Shown: positions 55,123-64,000 of the stretch, piece after piece
Numbering within the stretch: position 1 is the stretch's first letter
How the letters are laid out: every line of letters begins with the position of its first letter
Made by a program: the position numbers and the translations under genes
Origin: Candidatus Omnitrophota bacterium
Lineage (GTDB): Bacteria; Omnitrophota; Gorgyraeia; Zapsychrales; JANLHA01
Assembly: GCA_020632555.1 (NCBI GenBank)
Contig: JACKFI010000004.1
Coordinates: forward strand, 12,335-76,334
DNA: 64,000 nucleotides
Direction: 5' to 3'
Notes under the pieces: model-generated
The model's database searches: none
What the model was told of the DNA's origin: nothing
Seen by the model: the letters and a program-made list of their open reading frames with translations, nothing else

Positions 55123-55129
55123 ATTTTCC

Positions 55130-56152
55130 TTACGCCGCAAAAAACACTTTAGCTAATTCATAAAGTTCCATATCAATCATTTTACGCTTTTTAACAGCTC
55201 GGGCAATGTCAACGGACTGCAGCTTATTATCACGCAGGCTAACCATTTGACCAAATTTTCCTTGAGTAACAAGTTCCACGGCTTTAACGCCAAACTGGGT
55301 TCCAACCAAACGATCATAAGCTGTTGGTGTACCGCCGCGCTGTATATGGCCTAAAACACTCACGCGTGTTTCAAAACCTGTGCTTTCTTCAATCACTTTA
55401 GCCACAACTTCCCCAACATACCCAAAGCGACGACGCTCACCGACAGGAGCCATATCTTTGTTGTAGCCAACCACACTGGCGCCCTCAGAAACAACAATAA
55501 TACTAAAATTCCGTCCCCGGCTATGACGAGCCTTCAAATCTTCACAAACTTTTCTCAAATCCGTTGGAATTTCTGGAATTAAAATTTCATCTGCTCCACC
55601 GGCAATCCCGGCTTCTAAAGCAATCCACCCTGTATAGCGACCCATAACTTCAATCACAATAATCCGATGATGACTTTCCGCAGTGGTATGCAAACGATCA
55701 ATGCATTCTGTCGCGACATTAACAGCTGTATCAAAACCAAAAGCGTAATCTGTTCCTGAAAGCGCATTGTCAATCGACTTGGGAACACCTATTACTTTAA
55801 TCAACCCTTTGTTGAAAAGATCCAATGCAATTTTCAACGTTTCTTCACCACCAACAGCGATCAACGCGTCTAAACCGCTGCGTTTATAATTTTCCGCCAG
55901 CTGTTTAATTTGTGTCGCATTATCAAGCAATGTCATCCGGCTGGTTCCCAAAATCGTCCCACCCTTATCCAAAATCCCGGTGGTTTGACGAATATCCAAA
56001 ATACGCATATCATTTTCAACGAGCCCCAGCCAACCATTCTTGATGCCCGCAACGACATACCCCTCTTGCATACCTTTACGCACAACAGCGCGAATCACCG
56101 AATTTAAACCCGGACAGTCTGCGCCACCGGTCAATATACCAATTTTTTTCAT
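55130..56152 (-). CDS. pfk: 6-phosphofructokinase, residues suggest the PPi-dependent type
   Basis: '[13 protein letters not shown]'. 'GGEET' replaces GGDGS, and 'PKSIDN' carries Lys where ATP-dependent PFKs have Gly. Confidence 0.8.
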   Translation of the reverse strand: MKKIGILTGGADCPGLNSVIRAVVRKGMQEGYVVAGIKNGWLGLVENDMRILDIRQTTGILDKGGTILGTSRMTLLDNATQIKQLAENYKRSGLDALIAVGGEETLKIALDLFNKGLIKVIGVPKSIDNALSGTDYAFGFDTAVNVATECIDRLHTTAESHHRIIVIEVMGRYTGWIALEAGIAGGADEILIPEIPTDLRKVCEDLKARHSRGRNFSIIVVSEGASVVGYNKDMAPVGERRRFGYVGEVVAKVIEESTGFETRVSVLGHIQRGGTPTAYDRLVGTQFGVKAVELVTQGKFGQMVSLRDNKLQSVDIARAVKKRKMIDMELYELAKVFFAA

Positions 56153-56230
56153 TAATGAGTCCTACCTTTACGCATATTATTTTCTGCATAAATCATAATC
56201 ACGCGCTCCCCAAAAAGCAAAAAGTAAAAT

Positions 56231-56851
56231 TTATGCCCGATATCCCTGGAATGGGACAGTTGACTCCAAAGAACCAGAAAGAGATTTCGCGTGCTTATCT
56301 TTAGTACGATGTTTATTATCCTCACCGCTAATTTTAGTAACATCAACATGAACCGTAACTGTTTCTTCCAAACCAATCGTATCAAGAATCTTTTTCTTAA
56401 CTGCTTCTTGCAACTGCGCGGTTGTTTCAGGAATACTTACGTCGCTATGCAATGCCAAATTCAACGACACTTCCAAGCCACGTTTTCCAACCCTAATCCG
56501 TGCTGCTCGAACATCCTTAATCTCACTCATACGACCAATCACTTTGCGAATTAAATCTTCCATCGCCGACAAAGAAACAGTCACCCGGCCCGCAGGATTA
56601 TCAAAAGCTATATTCGTCTCGCGAAACTCTTTGCCAGAAATGGCTCGATTAAAAAGGATATTCATCAAAAAAACTAACACGGCTGTTAAACCAAGAATCA
56701 CCCGCAGCTGTCGATCATTATAGATCACTTGGGCAAGAAGACTAACATCTTGAACAGAGATCAATTGAAAAGCCAACCCAATTGAGAAACAAACCAAAAA
56801 CAAAATCACCGCCGTGTAAAACCATAATGCCAATTGTGTAATCAACTTCAT
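56231..56851 (-). CDS. AmaP-like membrane anchor for Asp23 (alkaline-shock response)
   Basis: Two N-terminal TM helices, and translational coupling to the upstream Asp23-family gene. Confidence 0.5.
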   Translation of the reverse strand: MKLITQLALWFYTAVILFLVCFSIGLAFQLISVQDVSLLAQVIYNDRQLRVILGLTAVLVFLMNILFNRAISGKEFRETNIAFDNPAGRVTVSLSAMEDLIRKVIGRMSEIKDVRAARIRVGKRGLEVSLNLALHSDVSIPETTAQLQEAVKKKILDTIGLEETVTVHVDVTKISGEDNKHRTKDKHAKSLSGSLESTVPFQGYRA

Positions 56852-57207
56852 ACCTTCCCCCTCTCAACTCCATAAACATTGACATTGACATCTCTTAAAT
56901 CAACATCCGTCAACTGATCAAATCTTTCACGAATAATCTCTTGCACATGCTCAGCGACATCAGGAATATTAAGACCATAGCGCACACAAACCTTGACCTC
57001 CAAAGAAACAGCATTGGCCTCACGATCAACGTGTATCTCAACACCAGAGCATCGTCGTATACCTAAAAGCTCAAGCACGGTATCACCGAAGCTTTGCGGG
57101 ATCAATGTCACTCCATCGATTTCCTCAACCGCCGCTTTTGCTATATCGGTAATAACATGATTGTGATAATTGATTAGCCCCGAATCAACCTTGCTAAATC
57201 CCGTCAT
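56848..57207 (-). CDS. Asp23/Gls24-family envelope stress protein
   Basis: '[16 protein letters not shown]' and 'VNVNVYGV'. Confidence 0.75.
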   Translation of the reverse strand: MTGFSKVDSGLINYHNHVITDIAKAAVEEIDGVTLIPQSFGDTVLELLGIRRCSGVEIHVDREANAVSLEVKVCVRYGLNIPDVAEHVQEIIRERFDQLTDVDLRDVNVNVYGVERGKV

Positions 57208-58565
57208 CTGCTGGCCTCCGTATCGGATTTTACCATTTTTTCTAAAAAGTGTGTTGATACTTTTCCTTCTACGAATAATGGATGATCCAAAATTTCACTG
57301 TGCAACCCAATAGTTGTCTTAATCGGACTGACATAGAACTCTTCTAACGCACGACGCATTTTTCGAATTGCTTCAACGCGGGTTTTATCATGAACAATCA
57401 ACTTCGCCACCATCGAATCATAAAATGGCGGGATAACGTATCCCGAATAAATGTGCGTATCCACACGCACACCAAAACCTCCGGGAAGATTCAGTTCAGT
57501 AATCTTGCCCGGAGAAGGCATAAAATTATTACTGGGATCCTCAGCATTAATCCGACATTCAATTGCGGCACCGGTTATCTTAACATCATCCTGTTTAATC
57601 TTAAGTTTTTCGCCAGCAGCTGCTTTAATCTGTTCTTTAACAAGATCAACGCCTGTCACCATCTCCGTTACCGGATGTTCAACTTGAATGCGCGTATTCA
57701 TTTCCATAAAATAAAATTCACCATTCGCATTCAAAAGGTATTCAATGGTTCCAACTCCGCGATAATTGCAAGCCTTGGCAATCTTAACAGCTGTCTCACC
57801 CATTCTTTTTCGCAACTTCGCATCCAAAGCAGGCGATGGAGATTCTTCTAAAAGTTTTTGATGCCGCCGTTGAATGCTGCAATCCCGCTCACCCAAATGA
57901 ATAACATTTCCGTGCTGGTCCGCTAAGACTTGAAACTCAATATGACGAGGATCAATAATGTATTTTTCAATATAAACATTTGGATTCCCAAAATTAGCTT
58001 CGGCTTCTTTTTGCGCGACATTAAAAGAACTGGTCAAGGTGACATCATTATGACAAATGCGCATTCCTTTCCCGCCACCACCAGCCGCCGCTTTAATGAT
58101 AACCGGATATTTAATTTCTTTTGCAACTTTAAGGGCTTCTTGTTGATTCTTTATAATCCCTTTGCCTCCTGGCGTTAAAGGCACACCTGCCTTTCGAACC
58201 GTTTCACGAGCTTGAACCTTATCGCCCATCAAACGTATTGTTTCCGGAGTAGGGCCAATAAAAGTAATATTGCAAGATTCGCAAATTTCGGCAAAATGAG
58301 CATTCTCAGAAAGAAAACCATAACCAGGATGAATTGCTTCAACGTCTGTGATCTCAGCAGCGGAAATAATCGCAGGGATATTCAAATAACTATCCGCGCT
58401 TTTTGCCGGACCAATGCAAACAGCTTCATCAGCAAAACGAACATGCAAAGATGTTGCATCTGCTTCTGAATAAACCGCGACCGTCTTAATATTGAGCTCT
58501 CGACAAGCACGGATAACGCGCAATGCGATTTCACCACGATTAGCTATGAGGATTTTTGAGAACAT
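57204..58565 (-). CDS. accC: Acetyl-CoA carboxylase, biotin carboxylase subunit
   Basis: '[36 protein letters not shown]' and the ATP-grasp motifs. Confidence 0.95.
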   Translation of the reverse strand: MFSKILIANRGEIALRVIRACRELNIKTVAVYSEADATSLHVRFADEAVCIGPAKSADSYLNIPAIISAAEITDVEAIHPGYGFLSENAHFAEICESCNITFIGPTPETIRLMGDKVQARETVRKAGVPLTPGGKGIIKNQQEALKVAKEIKYPVIIKAAAGGGGKGMRICHNDVTLTSSFNVAQKEAEANFGNPNVYIEKYIIDPRHIEFQVLADQHGNVIHLGERDCSIQRRHQKLLEESPSPALDAKLRKRMGETAVKIAKACNYRGVGTIEYLLNANGEFYFMEMNTRIQVEHPVTEMVTGVDLVKEQIKAAAGEKLKIKQDDVKITGAAIECRINAEDPSNNFMPSPGKITELNLPGGFGVRVDTHIYSGYVIPPFYDSMVAKLIVHDKTRVEAIRKMRRALEEFYVSPIKTTIGLHSEILDHPLFVEGKVSTHFLEKMVKSDTEASR

Positions 58566-58608
58566 GATCAGAAAAGAAATATTTTAAAAATCAGCATTAA
58601 ATGCTGAT

Positions 58609-59070
58609 TTAAACGGGTTCAACCACAAAAAGAACTTGTCCAAACTCAACCGGCTCAGCATTATTCGCTTTCACTTCAACAACTTTACCGCGAATTTCAG
58701 ACTTGATCTCATTCATTAGTTTCATAGCTTCAACAATACAAACCACCTGTCCAATTTCTACCACTTGACCAACGTCCACGAAAGACGATGACTCTGGAGA
58801 GGGTGAACGATAAAACGTTCCCACCATTGGCGAAGTAATGCTCTTGGTCACCTTCCCCGGTTTTTGCTCAGCGGCAGCTGTTTGTTCTGAAGCGCTAACT
58901 GAGTGCGTATCAACCTTGTATTGCGGCAATGCTGGACGAACAACCGTTTCAACAAATTCTGTTGAAGCTCGTTTGATCTTAATTTTAGAACCCTCCCGCT
59001 CGACTTCAACTTCCATCAAATCATTTTCATTCATCAAGCCGATGATTTCTTTAATTTCTTTCAAGTTCAT
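58609..59070 (-). CDS. accB: Biotin carboxyl carrier protein
   Basis: Biotinylation motif 'EAMKLMNEI'. Confidence 0.9.
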   Translation of the reverse strand: MNLKEIKEIIGLMNENDLMEVEVEREGSKIKIKRASTEFVETVVRPALPQYKVDTHSVSASEQTAAAEQKPGKVTKSITSPMVGTFYRSPSPESSSFVDVGQVVEIGQVVCIVEAMKLMNEIKSEIRGKVVEVKANNAEPVEFGQVLFVVEPV

Positions 59071-59633
59071 CGCTGCACCCTTTCAACATATTGACCATCT
59101 CTGGTATCAATTTTAACCCAATCACCAATGTTTATAAAAAGCGGCACCGCAACTGCGGCACCTGTTTCAATCGTGGCTGGTTTATTTCCGGAACGAGTCG
59201 AATCCCCCCGTATTCCCGGCTCAGAAGCAATGATACGGGAAATAATAAAATTGGGCAAGATAACTTTAACAATTTTATTGTCATAACACATTCCTGTGAC
59301 TGTTAAATTTTCTAAAAGAAACCGTTCGGATGCGCCCAATAATTCACGAGCAACAGCAACTTCTTCATAGGTCGTATGATCCATAAAATGCAACAAAGTT
59401 CCATCTGAGTAAAGATATTCCAATTCTCGCTCTTGAATTTCTACATTTTCCAGTTTTTCGGAAGTACGAAATGTCCGCTCTAAAACCGAATCGTTTACTA
59501 AACTTTTAAGCTTAACCCGTACAAAAGCTGAACCTTTTCCCGGCTTAACATGCTGATATTCTAAAACCATATAAACATGTCCATTAATATTCAACCCAAT
59601 TCCTGATTCAATTTGATTAATCGTAATTGTCAT
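59067..59633 (-). CDS. efp: Elongation factor P
   Basis: 'VKPGKGSAFVRVKLKSL', 188 aa. Confidence 0.9.
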   Translation of the reverse strand: MTITINQIESGIGLNINGHVYMVLEYQHVKPGKGSAFVRVKLKSLVNDSVLERTFRTSEKLENVEIQERELEYLYSDGTLLHFMDHTTYEEVAVARELLGASERFLLENLTVTGMCYDNKIVKVILPNFIISRIIASEPGIRGDSTRSGNKPATIETGAAVAVPLFINIGDWVKIDTRDGQYVERVQR

Positions 59634-59657
59634 AATAACTCTCGCCGCAATTGATGT

Positions 59658-60722
59658 TTAAGAATGTTTAACCTTATCCTTACGACTTAAAACCTCATAA
59701 CCCCGTCGCTTGACCAAAACCATCTCCTCAAGCCGTATGCCAAACTGTCCAGGGAGATACACTCCCGGTTCTACTGTAACAACCATTCCTTCTTGCAAAA
59801 TTGCGCCACTTTGCGATGAAAGTCTTGGCAATTCATGGATATCAAGCCCCACTCCATGCCCCAGCGAATGGCCAAAATATTTTGCTAAACCAAGACTTTC
59901 TAAGTAGTTGCGTGCTGCAAAATCAATATCAGCCGCTTTAACACCAGCCTGAATTTTAGCAATCGCATGATTTTGTGCGCAACTCACCGCCGCATATATT
60001 CTCTGGTAAAGAGCGGGCATTTTACCTAAAAAGAACATACGTGTCAAGTCGCTCTTGTATCCATCAATATCTATCCCCATATCAACCAATACTGGTTCAT
60101 TATTACGTATTTTCCGACGACTAATTCGGGCATGAGGAAAAGCAGAATTAGGCCCCGATGCGATAATCGGATCAAATGAAAAATCAGCACCCTTGGACCT
60201 GACATATCTTTCTAACTTAATTAAAACATCCTGTTCTGTCATTCCCCAACGAATGACACCCTGCAAATATTTATAGGCGCTCAAATTCAAATCCAAACAT
60301 TTTCTTATTTGAGTAATTTCAACTGCGTCCTTAATCTCCCGCATTTTTTCAACAATATCATTAGCACACACCAACTGGATGTCACGAGGGCAAGCCTTCT
60401 GCAATTGTTTAAATTGATATACAGAAAAATGATGCTCATCAAAACCAAGCCTTTTCACTTTGTTTTGAACCATAATATTAAATACAGAATGAAAAATATT
60501 ATGGGTAAATTGCTCCACCTTTACGCCATCTAACCCATCTCTTGCCTCTTCTAAATATCTAGAATCAGTCAAGTATAATGATTTTGTGGGAAAAGACAAT
60601 AATAGCGATTCGGAGGCAGGGAAATATGTTAAGTAGCGAATATTTACATCATTAGAATGGATATAACCATCTAGCTGGTATGAAGAAAGCAACCGCTGAA
60701 ATTTCTTTAATCTCTGAGACAC
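59658..60722 (-). CDS. pepP: Xaa-Pro aminopeptidase (M24B)
   Basis: 'DMGIDIDGYKSDLTRMF', 'GHSLGHGVGLDIHE' and 'VEPGVY'. Confidence 0.85.
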   Translation of the reverse strand: MSQRLKKFQRLLSSYQLDGYIHSNDVNIRYLTYFPASESLLLSFPTKSLYLTDSRYLEEARDGLDGVKVEQFTHNIFHSVFNIMVQNKVKRLGFDEHHFSVYQFKQLQKACPRDIQLVCANDIVEKMREIKDAVEITQIRKCLDLNLSAYKYLQGVIRWGMTEQDVLIKLERYVRSKGADFSFDPIIASGPNSAFPHARISRRKIRNNEPVLVDMGIDIDGYKSDLTRMFFLGKMPALYQRIYAAVSCAQNHAIAKIQAGVKAADIDFAARNYLESLGLAKYFGHSLGHGVGLDIHELPRLSSQSGAILQEGMVVTVEPGVYLPGQFGIRLEEMVLVKRRGYEVLSRKDKVKHS

Positions 60723-60764
60723 TCAAACCTCATCACAAATACGCATCTACAAACTACCAAAATC

Positions 60765-61202
60765 CTACACCTTTATAATCCCAATCAGCGCCTGCAACCC
60801 CAGCAAATAGCTCTTTATTCCAAAACCACTGATTTGGCCGCAAACAACTGGAGCCACCAATGATTTATGACGAAAATCTTCCCGCGCATAAATATTAGAC
60901 AAATGAACTTCAACCGCTGGCAAACCAACCGCCAGCAAAGCGTCACGTATCGCAACACTAGTATGCGTGTACGCGGCCGGGTTAATCAAAATCGCGGCAA
61001 AACCATCATTTTTAGCATCACCAATTCTATCAACCAAATCACCCTCATGATTGGATTGGACAATGTTCAAAACGACATCCTGCCCTTTGGCAAAATCCTG
61101 CAACTGCTGATTAATTTCTTCAAGGGTCGTTTGGCCGTAAACATCTTTTTCGCGCTGGCCTAAAAGATTGAGATTCGGACCATGAATAACAAGAATTTTC
61201 TT
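60765..61202 (-). CDS. aroQ: Type II 3-dehydroquinate dehydratase
   Basis: '[16 protein letters not shown]', 'QSNHEG' and '[11 protein letters not shown]'. Confidence 0.9.
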   Translation of the reverse strand, partial: KKILVIHGPNLNLLGQREKDVYGQTTLEEINQQLQDFAKGQDVVLNIVQSNHEGDLVDRIGDAKNDGFAAILINPAAYTHTSVAIRDALLAVGLPAVEVHLSNIYAREDFRHKSLVAPVVCGQISGFGIKSYLLGLQALIGIIKV

Positions 61203-61212
61203 CATAACAAGA

Positions 61213-61368
61213 TTATTTTTCTGCTTGGTCAACCAACATCACCGGAATGCCGCTCTTAATGGGATACTTACGACCGCATTTAAGACAAACAATTTTCTCA
61301 TCTTTGTGCTGAATTTCACCCCGACACGCTGGGCAAGCTAAAATTCTTAAAAGGTCCTGATCGATCAC
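61213..61368 (-). CDS. Trm112/YcaR (UPF0434) family small zinc-ribbon protein (51 aa, below the ORF-track cutoff)
   Basis: My own translation from the GTG start is (M)[50 protein letters not shown]. There is a GTGA overlap with the upstream gene. Confidence 0.7.
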   Translation of the reverse strand: MIDQDLLRILACPACRGEIQHKDEKIVCLKCGRKYPIKSGIPVMLVDQAEK

Positions 61369-61778
61369 GCATTTTCCTTTTTAAGCAATTCAACAAATTT
61401 CATTTGCAGCTCATAAACTGTTGAAGAAATTAAATTATCTTCTTCAGGAGTCAAATTCCCTTTTGTTTTTTCACGAATCATAATCAAAGTATCAATCAAA
61501 AATTTAGCTTGCGGCAAATTCTTCTCGAGCTTGCTATCATCCAGTGGATTAGGCAATTCACCCAAAAAGATCAAAGCCTGAAAAGCAAGGCTGGAAATAT
61601 AATTGATAAAGTTTATTTCCATCGAATCTGCCTGCTCTTGACCGTGCGCATGTTCATGAGAGTGCCCACACCCACAACCATCGCCGCAATCTTCTTTCGC
61701 GCCACCACCTACCAAAATTTCCTTCTCTCCAGAGACAGCATCCTTCCATGACTCATCAACTGATTTTTCACGATGCAT
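61365..61778 (-). CDS. DUF1844-domain protein with a His/Cys-rich N-terminal segment
   Basis: 'SLAFQALIFLGELPNP...AKFLIDTLIMIREKTKGNLTPEE', preceded by 'CGDGCGCGHSHEHAHG'. Confidence 0.6.
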   Translation of the reverse strand: MHREKSVDESWKDAVSGEKEILVGGGAKEDCGDGCGCGHSHEHAHGQEQADSMEINFINYISSLAFQALIFLGELPNPLDDSKLEKNLPQAKFLIDTLIMIREKTKGNLTPEEDNLISSTVYELQMKFVELLKKENA

Positions 61779-61886
61779 ATGTGTTCTTCCTTTCAATTTC
61801 CATAAGGTTTATTCTTTAAATGTTGACTACAATACCACTCTGCTGAATCATTGTCAATCGAAGAAAACACGTTCTAGAGCTAAAAA

Positions 61887-62420
61887 TCACATAAAACTCT
61901 TCAATCGAATGGATTTCTTAAATTCATTAAACAACTTTCCGTAATCTTTAAATTTTTTCAAAGAACCCACAAAACGAATAATCGTTAAACGATTAAAATC
62001 ATCAGCAATATACAAACTCACCACAGCAATTTCCGGCCGATGATATCGAAAAAGCACCCAATGCGATGCCTGCCCATCGATCAATTCCTCACCAGTAGAC
62101 AAAATCTCACCATTCTCACGCCCCAGCGAAGCCAAAACCTCAGGCCAAAAATCCTCCATAAAAAGGGCACCTTTTTGTTTTTCAGCATAAATCGAAAAAA
62201 CAGCAACCGGCATCTCGGTGGCATCATCAGTTTCCGGAGAAGTCACAGTAACATCCGTTCTTGTCTTCTTAACATGCCAACCCTCTGGAACCTTGACGCT
62301 AAAAGATTCATTCCGAACAATACTACGGTCAAAAAGCCGCGGAGCAAAAGTTTTGATGCCCACCACAGCAAGAACTAGAGCCATAAGGAAAATTGACGGA
62401 TATCGACGACCCAAAACCAT
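61887..62420 (-). CDS. Hypothetical membrane-anchored protein
   Basis: The start 'MVLGRRYPSIFLMALVLAVVG' gives one TM helix. I recognised no family. Confidence 0.4.
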   Translation of the reverse strand: MVLGRRYPSIFLMALVLAVVGIKTFAPRLFDRSIVRNESFSVKVPEGWHVKKTRTDVTVTSPETDDATEMPVAVFSIYAEKQKGALFMEDFWPEVLASLGRENGEILSTGEELIDGQASHWVLFRYHRPEIAVVSLYIADDFNRLTIIRFVGSLKKFKDYGKLFNEFKKSIRLKSFM

Positions 62421-62451
62421 TCCTCCTTTTTGAAATATTCGAATAAAATAT

Positions 62452-64000
62452 TTAGAAACGATGAACAATTTGATAAACCGTAAACTCTCGATTCATCACC
62501 GTCCAAATCGCCTGACTATTCTGAGCACGCAAAAGTTCATCCTGAATATCTTTTCTACTGATCACTCGGCTTATTGCCCGCAGAATTTGAACTTGAATAT
62601 CATCATCATTAAGCGGCGTTAAAATCAAAAAAACAAAATGTGTAGGCTCGCCATCAGGAGAATTCCAATCAATGCCAATCAAGGACCGGCCAAAAATAAT
62701 AATAGGCCGCCGCAAACCCAACAATCGTGAATGCGGCAAAGCAATGCCCGACTCAACTGCCGTGCCCACAATACTTTCACGAGCCATCACAGCACTGACA
62801 ATATCCTCGCGATAAAGCGTCCCTTCTTGATCAGCCGCCATATCACACAACTGAACAATAGCCTCATTCTTCGATGTTGACTGCAAATCACATATTAATC
62901 CTCGACGATTAAAAAACTCCAGAAAACTAATGTTTCGACGACGATTAATCGCAAAACTTAACCACGGCCCCAAAAGAATCGACGAAATCATCGCCCCACA
63001 AACAATGGCCGTAAAAATCGGTTCGGAAATCAAGCGATGCTCCAAAGCCACCAAACCCACCACAATTTCCATCATACCACCAGCCGTATGAGCAATAGCA
63101 ACAGGAAGTCGATTGCCCTTTGAAACCTTTGTCAAAGAAACTCCAATCCACGCACCCAAAAACTTTGTTGAAATCCCTAATCCCGTAAAAAGAATAACCA
63201 ATAACAGATCAAAATTCTTCAAAAAATCAATCTTTAAACCAATGCCAGCAAAAAATAACGGTATAAAAATAGCATAAACCATTTGAGAAATAACTTGCCG
63301 GCTTTTTTCCGGCAAAGACCTCGAATCACCCACCATAATCCCCGCCAAGAAAAAACCAAAAATCGCGTGAATTCCCAATTTGTGCGTAATGGCTCCCGAC
63401 AAAAGAGCCAATAAGGAAATAAAAGTCAATGAACTTCCCGGTTCAGGCATTTTACGCACCCTGATTCTTTCAATCACCCAGTGCGCAAACATTCTGCCAA
63501 AAGTTAAAGCAAGAGCCGTAAAGCCAATGGTGGCAGCAAACAAAATTGAGATATTAAAAATATTAATTTCTCCACGAATCGATAATCCCAAAACAACCGC
63601 AAAAATAAGCCAACCTAAAATATCATTCACAGATAAAGCCGACATAATCAAGGAACTTAAATCTGTTTTAATCATTCTTAACTCATTCAAAGCCCGCGCC
63701 GCGATAGGCATCGCGCTAATTGCTATGACACTGGCCATAAAAAGCAAAAACAAGGTTCTGTTTTCGGGGGCGGGGAAATACTGCTGTGGAAGAAATGAAA
63801 AAACAACATAAGCAATGGATATCGGAACAACAATATCAGCAACAGCAATTTTTAAAACTTCTCCACGCTGGCGCCAAGCACTCAACAAATCAATCTCCAG
63901 CCCTGTTTCCAAAAGCAAATAAAACACACCAAACCACGCCATTGTATCTAACATCGTCATTTGAATAGGATTAACTGGAAAAATCGCGGCCTGAACATGA
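62452..64000 (-). CDS. Cation:proton antiporter (CPA family) fused to a C-terminal PTS EIIA(Ntr/Fru)-type domain; N-terminus outside window
   Basis: A polytopic N-terminal part, then the EIIA-like 'ESGIALPHSRL...IIIFGRS...PTHFVFLILTP'. The frame stays open to base 64000. Confidence 0.7.
   Translation of the reverse strand, partial: HVQAAIFPVNPIQMTMLDTMAWFGVFYLLLETGLEIDLLSAWRQRGEVLKIAVADIVVPISIAYVVFSFLPQQYFPAPENRTLFLLFMASVIAISAMPIAARALNELRMIKTDLSSLIMSALSVNDILGWLIFAVVLGLSIRGEINIFNISILFAATIGFTALALTFGRMFAHWVIERIRVRKMPEPGSSLTFISLLALLSGAITHKLGIHAIFGFFLAGIMVGDSRSLPEKSRQVISQMVYAIFIPLFFAGIGLKIDFLKNFDLLLVILFTGLGISTKFLGAWIGVSLTKVSKGNRLPVAIAHTAGGMMEIVVGLVALEHRLISEPIFTAIVCGAMISSILLGPWLSFAINRRRNISFLEFFNRRGLICDLQSTSKNEAIVQLCDMAADQEGTLYREDIVSAVMARESIVGTAVESGIALPHSRLLGLRRPIIIFGRSLIGIDWNSPDGEPTHFVFLILTPLNDDDIQVQILRAISRVISRKDIQDELLRAQNSQAIWTVMNREFTVYQIVHRF

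Overview
This is a gene-dense (about 90% coding), AT-rich bacterial chromosomal segment. Most genes are housekeeping genes on the minus strand: recO, ybeY, phoH, aspS, hisS, an HU-family gene, dnaE, two hsp20 genes, guaA and a guaB-like gene, groES-groEL, coaX, uvrB, aroB, thiE, gmhA, hldC, pfk, accBC, efp, pepP, aroQ and one tRNA-Gly(CCC). One 7-kb block is on the plus strand (29.7-36.6 kb) and encodes a YtrA-type GntR regulator with two ABC ATPases and two large polytopic membrane proteins. LPS-heptose genes, an NlpD-like lipoprotein and a PVC-type 'small basic protein' suggest an uncultivated diderm, possibly PVC/Omnitrophota-like; this is a low-confidence inference.

Five things stand out:
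1. Two paralogous giant secreted proteins (1230 and 1495 aa) bracket guaBA. They share N- and C-terminal modules but have unrelated, internally duplicated cores. GC-rich Chi-like junction boxes sit at module boundaries, and a palindromic repeat is embedded in frame.
2. A single-gene DUF1016 (PD-(D/E)xK) cassette is inserted exactly at the dnaE start and duplicates its first 9 codons.
3. Three perfect 70-bp tandem repeats lie 14 bp upstream of hisS.
4. A telomere-like heptamer array with G-quadruplex potential lies between recO and ridA.
5. The bacterial-type AspRS precisely lacks the GAD insertion domain.

All functional calls come from motif recognition by eye. No database search was run.
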